Source of the DNA: Zygnema circumcarinatum SAG 698-1b
Lineage: Eukaryota; Plantae; Zygnematophyceae
NCBI GenBank assembly: GCA_037447605.1
Contig: CM074804.1
Location: forward strand, 620,001-684,000
Direction: 5' to 3'
Length of the DNA stretch: 64,000 nt
In this document: piece after piece, positions 58,235 to 64,000 of the stretch
Layout: every line of letters begins with the position of its first letter
How positions within the stretch are numbered: position 1 is the stretch's first letter
Position numbers and translations under genes: made by a program
The notes under the pieces: model-generated
What the model was told of the DNA's origin: nothing
The model's database searches: none
The model's input: the letters and a program-made list of their open reading frames with translations, nothing else

Positions 58235-61200
58235 NNNNNNNNNNGTGGAGAGGGAGGAGGGGGGTACTATGAAGTAATAATGTGTAGCGGTAATATGAAG
58301 AAGCTTACCAGCTGCCCCCCACTTGAATATCCTTCAAAGGAGAAGGACCCTTCGGAGCCCCCCCAGCCCCACATGTACAGTTTTCCCGCAGCTGCAGACG
58401 CCCAAAATAGGAGATGTTCGGGTAAATAGGAAGCATCAAGATGATTCATCCATTACATGAATTCTATCCCTGCATAGTGGCGAACTTTGGAAGAGGATAA
58501 ACTCCAACCATACGCTTTCATCGCTTTGCGATCTGGCCTTGGTACTTTGTATGTTCAGAAAAGAATCAATTTCAACTGAACATTAACATCCGACGAAGTG
58601 CCTGTACTGCTTATATTGTTTTTTCTGATGAAGGACCCATCCAGTTCAGTAAAATGAGAATATAGCAATCTTACCAGTGAGAGCTGCAGTGTGCTTCCAT
58701 CCACACGCCACCTGCATCAAGCAAACATTCCAGCAGGAGATGTGATCCAGCTTTCAGATCGGTTTACTTTTGGATGCCCAAAACTTCATAGTTCTAGTTT
58801 CGATAACAATTTTCTTGCTTGTTAATGGCGAATGTTGATGTGCAGCCCCCTACCTGGACAACGGTATGCTCTGCCAGTTCTCCGTTCACCTGAACGGGTT
58901 CTCGGGCATAGTTTGGATGGCCGCTTCTGCAAACCATGGCAACCAAAAGGGAGAAAAAAAACCTAAGAAGCAAACCCCGAGGTTCACACCGTCCACACAT
59001 TTCAAGCACGTAGAGAAATGAAGATGCAAGTTATGGATGAAGAAGAATACTGAAAACCCTAAAGCTATAAATCCGGAGACAGTTTCGGTGAGTTTCCTGC
59101 GGCTGAGAAAACCTCAACTGGAGATAAATCACAAAACCAAAGCAGGCGAAATGTTTTCAGTGCTGGCAGAATTTTAAAGTCAAGTAGAGATAGCAAAAAA
59201 AACATGTCCAGAATTCTCCTTCTGCAAGATGGGAAGCGCACCCAAGGCCGAGGCAGGAGTGGTCATTTGCACCCCACACGCACATATCTCCATTAGCTGC
59301 ACATTCAGCAAAGCCCATCATGAGGCGAGCGAGAGAGAAAGAGAGAGAGACAGAGAGAGAGAGCGAGAGAGAGAGAGCGAGAGAGAGCGAGAGCGAGAGA
59401 GAGAGAGAGAGAGAGAGNNNNNNNNNNGAGAGAGAGAGAGAGAGGGTGGGGGGAGGGGGAGGGGGAAAAGGAACTAGAAGAAAAAGAAACGCAAACAATG
59501 GTAGGACACAACAACCGAACATGGCTTGCACCCTCGTTCACGCAATTAAGAGAATTCATTAGTTTGAAAAGTTCCGCCTCTTGCTGCACCTTCCTACCTG
59601 CTGATTGTTTCCTCCACTTGGTTTAGAATGCTAAGGAAAATCAGGTGCTTACCAAGTGCAACTGCGCTATGGCTGCCCCCACAAGCAACATGCTCCGCTG
59701 CATCCCCCAAACCCTCCACACGCTTGGGCTCATCCTCATCCCTCTCACGACCTGTTCCCTGTTAAGAGATAGACAGAGAAAGAAAGCGAAAGAGAAGTGA
59801 GAAGAGCGAGAGAGAGAGGGAAGAGAAAGTGAGAATTAAGAGGGGAGTAGGAGAAGCGGTGTTCATTGATTTTCTAGTACGCTAAGACTTATCAGATGAT
59901 GGTCTGATAGAATTGACAGCCTTGCTGGTGTAGGTGTTCAGGTTTCAACGTAGAAATACAACTCTGCACTGAATGCAGTCCGCAGGAGAGGAGGGAAGGC
60001 TGACTGCTGCCTGCACTCGTTTCCTCAGTCAGGGTCTACGGAAACTTGCCATGGAAACCGACCCTACATGTTTGACTGAAAGGTGAAAGCAGCTAAGGAG
60101 TGAGGAGGAAAGTGCAGCTCTGCAACGCGAGAAGATGACTACGGCAGTAGCCCTCCCACCACTCTCCGTCCCTCATCTCTCGCTCCCTCTATCCCCTCTC
60201 CATTCCCACTTTGCAGAATAGCGGTTCACTTACTAATTGCCAAAAGCGTCCATAGCCGAAGGTGTGAACACGTCCATATTCTGCACAGGTTGCTCCTCTT
60301 ATTCGCTATTAGTCGGCAAACGGGTTTGAGGGACTTAAAACAGACCCAAATTTTCAATATTCCCAGAATCCCTAAACTCTGAAAAGAAGCTACGGAAAGT
60401 CCAGTGTTGAGCATCCTGTTCCCTCAACAAGATATTCGTGCCTTCCGCTCCCAGATTCTGACAAAACGTAAAAAACTTCAAAATCCATAGTATTCGGAGT
60501 GAATCAAGAGAAATATCTCACCATCAATGGCTGCCGAATGCTGATGTCCCGCTGCTATGTGCCTCATCTGCTTAACAGAACGAGACCACAGAGAGAGAGA
60601 AGAGGGGGGGGGGGGGGTTTCTATTAGAAAACGTCCAGTATGGTAATTGATTTACTGCAGTCATTCTACCTTCAATCTGGACCAAGTTTTTTAAAAGTAA
60701 AAAGGAGAACTTACTTCTCCGATTCCATTCCATACTCTGAGCCGCTTTTTGCAGCACCACCTACTTATTACGGTTCGACTACCTGTCATCACTACCTTCC
60801 TTTCCATTTCCTTTCCCTACATTTACATTGTAATCTTCTCTGCATACCTTTTGGCCGTCAAATGCCTTGACCCTTTGTGGTTTTCTTTCCCTGTTTCAAC
60901 CCTCCAAAAACCAACACTTCAAGCTTAGCATGTGAGAATGCTACTAATGCTTTGATGTCCAACAAACTCCATCGATAGAAACAGCCAAAGGAGGAGCATA
61001 AAACCATCCACATAAAGCAAGGTCCCTTCGATAATCCCTTGTAAACAACCCTTTCTCAAAGAAACAGAGCAGCCCTTACGTGTGCCGTCCTGCTAGCCGC
61101 TGAAATAGCGACATAGAACCAATTCCAAGGCGACCGTTCCGTCGACTGCCCCAACCATACACCTCTCCCTCTTCTGTAGACCTCCATCCAAGCCCGCAAG

Positions 61201-63570
61201 TTTCAGACACGACTGTTATGTGCAGAAGAGAGTATGGAGATGTGACTGGGTGGAGAGACAGAAAGGGAAGGGGTTGGTACAATGCGAGAGGGGAAAGAGA
61301 AAGAGAAAGGGGAGTGCTTAAGAAGGGAGACAGGTCGAGAGGTGAGAGAGTTCAAAGTGCGGAAGGAGAAAGGGCCAGGAGAAAAAGGATGAGGGATGAC
61401 AAAGAAAGTGAAAGAGAGAAAGAGGCAAAGAGGAGGAGCTGCAGGTGGCTTTCTGCAACGTTTGACACATAATTAACTAAACTTTAGTAACCCTTTGCAG
61501 TGTTCCCAGTCAGGGAAGCATAGGACCTCTCAATCAGCTTCTTTATGGCAGAGCAAAATTGATGAATGGCTCACGTGTAAGGGCCAAAGTGTGCTGTGCG
61601 CCAAGCGCCACCTGTCGCAATCTAGCGCCTCCAAGTGTCTCTACCAATCGGGGCTCCCAGACTGACCTGGAAAGACCTGCATCTTTCCCAGCCATTTTTA
61701 GACTACATCGCACTCACTATATTGGAATGTAAGGTGCTCTGAATGTATGCGATGGCGATAGAAGGAAAAGTAAATATTATACAACTCAAAAAAGTAATTC
61801 GATCTCTTTATATTATCTTTCTTTCCGTTTTCCTTTTGTTTGAGGGTGACCACCAAATACCTGATGCCAAACCGAGCTGGTCGTGGCGGTTTGAGCCCCA
61901 CATGTAAAGGTCTCCCTGCTCTGCCATCCCTCCCTTCAAAGAAAGTGAAATCAAGAGACAAAGAGAACAAGATGCGCGAGAAAGAAAAGAACTGAAAAAT
62001 GTCGGACAACTACCAAATTAAAGTAGATGGATTAAACAAAAATAAATCAAAAAGACTCCTTTTCACAGATTTTGCCCATCAGGTGATTGTTTGGCCTAAA
62101 TATACATCAGCAAATACAAAAGATATTCCCCATAAGTCTTTTAAAGCATTGACTTGTGTGGTCAGCTCCCTAAGCCATGCTGACGAAGAGATAGACGATT
62201 GGCAGACAAAGTTCGAATCTATTCGCAAGAAAGTGCAAAATGGTTGCAAAGAATCACCTGAAATACAAGCAGAGTGATAATGACCAGCTGCTACAGCTAT
62301 GGATGGCGGTAAACCTGCCACCTTCACAGGCACCTGCGGAACAACAACAGCACGAGTAGAACATGGCTATTGTCAAAAACATGAAACACTAACAAGAAGA
62401 GTGAATTGGGAAACTTGTTAAAAAGGACCGAAAGTAAATCTGGCAACCATGAAAAGGGTTGACGATCCTAGCGCGACTTTCAAGCTCAGAGGCTCCTCAG
62501 GGTTTTGACAGAATACAATGGGATTGAGAGAGACCAAAGGAAAACGTGGTATCATGTTTCCATTTGGTGATATTCACATGGTGAGCATGGATTGTACCAC
62601 TGCAAAGGGAGTGGAGGGAGGGAGGCCAAGCTGTCCGCAGTCGTTCAGCCCCATTGCATGCACACTCCCATCACCTACTCTGTCAAGCCCCCCAAAACCG
62701 TGAAAACTCGTGAAGGGACCAAGGAAGAGAAACACATTTTGCCCTATGGGTGTTTAGACTCTCAACAGATCAATGAAAAGAGCACTTCACTGCAGCAAAG
62801 AAGAAGACACACTAACAACGATTCGACTAACAACTTAGGCGATATCACAAAATCAAGACAAAGACGAATGAATTGGTAAGAGGTTCTTGCAGTAGTATGC
62901 ATGTGTGTTTTTGTGTACGCATGTGCATACATATACAGAATTTAGGTATGCGTGTGCTGTGGGTTGTGATGTAAAGGTGCTTCAAGAAGTGCATGTTTGA
63001 CCACAAACCAACTCAAAAACATAAACACGTGATTGAGAAAACCTCACCACTAAGAACCAAAGTGTGTGCTCCTCCACATGCAACTTCCAAGGGCTCCCTG
63101 CCGTCAAATTCACTACACACGCTCGGCACTTGGCGCGAAGTTAAGGGCTTCCCCAGGCCTAGCCGTCCAAAATCGCCATTCCCCCAAACCACCATGGATC
63201 GCTTGGATGATTTCTCCTCCCTTTCGCTCTTACTGCAGAAACTCCGAAAGCTCTGCAATCCTCCTCCACCCCCTCCATGCAAGGAAGCACCGGGAATCGT
63301 TTTGAAAATGTCTCCAAGGTGTGCCTTTCTGTTCCATTTTGAAACCATCAAGTAGACATCTAACCCTAACCCTAATTCTGCTCCACCAGATCGTACAGTT
63401 TGACGTCTTGAGCCTGCACACTCGTGCAAGCAGCCATCATGGACAGCTGCTAGCGGTTGCTGCTGCATGTATCCCTTGTGCCACGAGCCCTGCTGCTGCA
63501 TCGTCAGCTGCGCCCTCTGCAGAATTGCGCGAGCTTGCCGCCGCCATGAAGGAGCTATGGCAGCTGCCAT
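57926..63570 (-). CDS. RCC1-repeat protein, RUG3-like (probably mitochondrial)
   Basis: First exon 63570-63048 (WGNGDFGRLGLG, VACGGAHTL). Further RCC1 exons: GLNDCGQLG, VAAGHYHS, WGSRRNGRLG, FGYGRFWQL, VACGGSHS, WGANDHSCLG, VACGWKHT, WGWGGSEGSFSFEGYSSGGQL. Last exon 58090-57926 (GLGNEFDY..QISCGFNHTAAI). Not all internal exon edges were resolved; the RUG3 assignment is from memory. Confidence 0.88.
59329..59445. repeat. (GA)n microsatellite interrupted by a 10-N gap
   Basis: AG repeats flank the Ns at 59418-59427, within an RCC1-gene intron. Confidence 0.9.
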
Positions 63571-64000
63571 TCCCTCTGCTGTTGCAGAGACCTGCCTCCC
63601 TAAAGAGACCTGCTCTCCAACCCTAATGCCACTCGCAAGCTACCGCATGGCCCAGTGCTGTAATCCCACTCCTCATCTATCTACAAGACTTGAATAACCC
63701 AGAACATGAGCTGGCCCTGAGAAAGAGACGTCACATCAGTCATGGCTCTCCGAGCACCTGCACACATCACATATCCCTTTGTTCGGAATTTGGAAAAGTG
63801 AATGTCAGAGTTTATCATCGCGAACATGTGCAGCTTTTCTTCCTCAGGTCCTCCTTTCTGACCTTTGGGCTATTCGTGGTTTCCCAAACCAATAGGGGGT
63901 GTCAGACTTAAAAAATTTCAGTACGCGTGTTCGTAAGTTTGACATCAGAACGAGTACTCCAGTATAATCGCGATCCTCCTGCGGCGGAGTACTTTCGTAA

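Noticed and set aside
63361-63375. Interstitial telomere repeat (TAACCCTAACCCTAA)
   Set aside because: Only about 2.5 units, and it lies inside RCC1 exon 1 coding sequence (VRVRVR/ELGLGLD region).

Overview
Eukaryotic, intron-rich nuclear DNA from a streptophyte (green-plant lineage, most likely a charophyte alga; species not determinable here). No prokaryotic features, CRISPR arrays, rRNA or tRNA were found. By manual splicing I reconstruct 13 conventional genes: RMI2-like, complex I subunit P1-like, plastid CDP-DAG synthase, DMC1, ARFRP1, a DUF6816-like plastid protein, RPL10a/uL1, NBS1, a PPR-SMR protein, PTEN, MED31, an NSI/SNAT-type GNAT and a RUG3-like RCC1 protein. Several are head-to-head pairs. 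The most unusual region is 8.2-17.6 kb, where the DMC1 upstream region is present three times in tandem. Copy 3 drives intact DMC1 (344 aa, 15 exons), whose start codon is split by an intron (AT|G) and which has two U12-type introns. Copy 1 keeps the promoter, the split start codon and the first 9 codons but is fused in frame to an unrelated 149-aa coiled-coil ORF. Copy 2 is a decayed DMC1-RGG-coiled-coil chimera. A dispersed non-coding repeat sits at rearrangement junctions both there and in a second mosaic at 56.6-57.5 kb. Gene identities come from remembered motifs, not database searches. Four 10-N gaps lie in homopolymer or microsatellite tracts.
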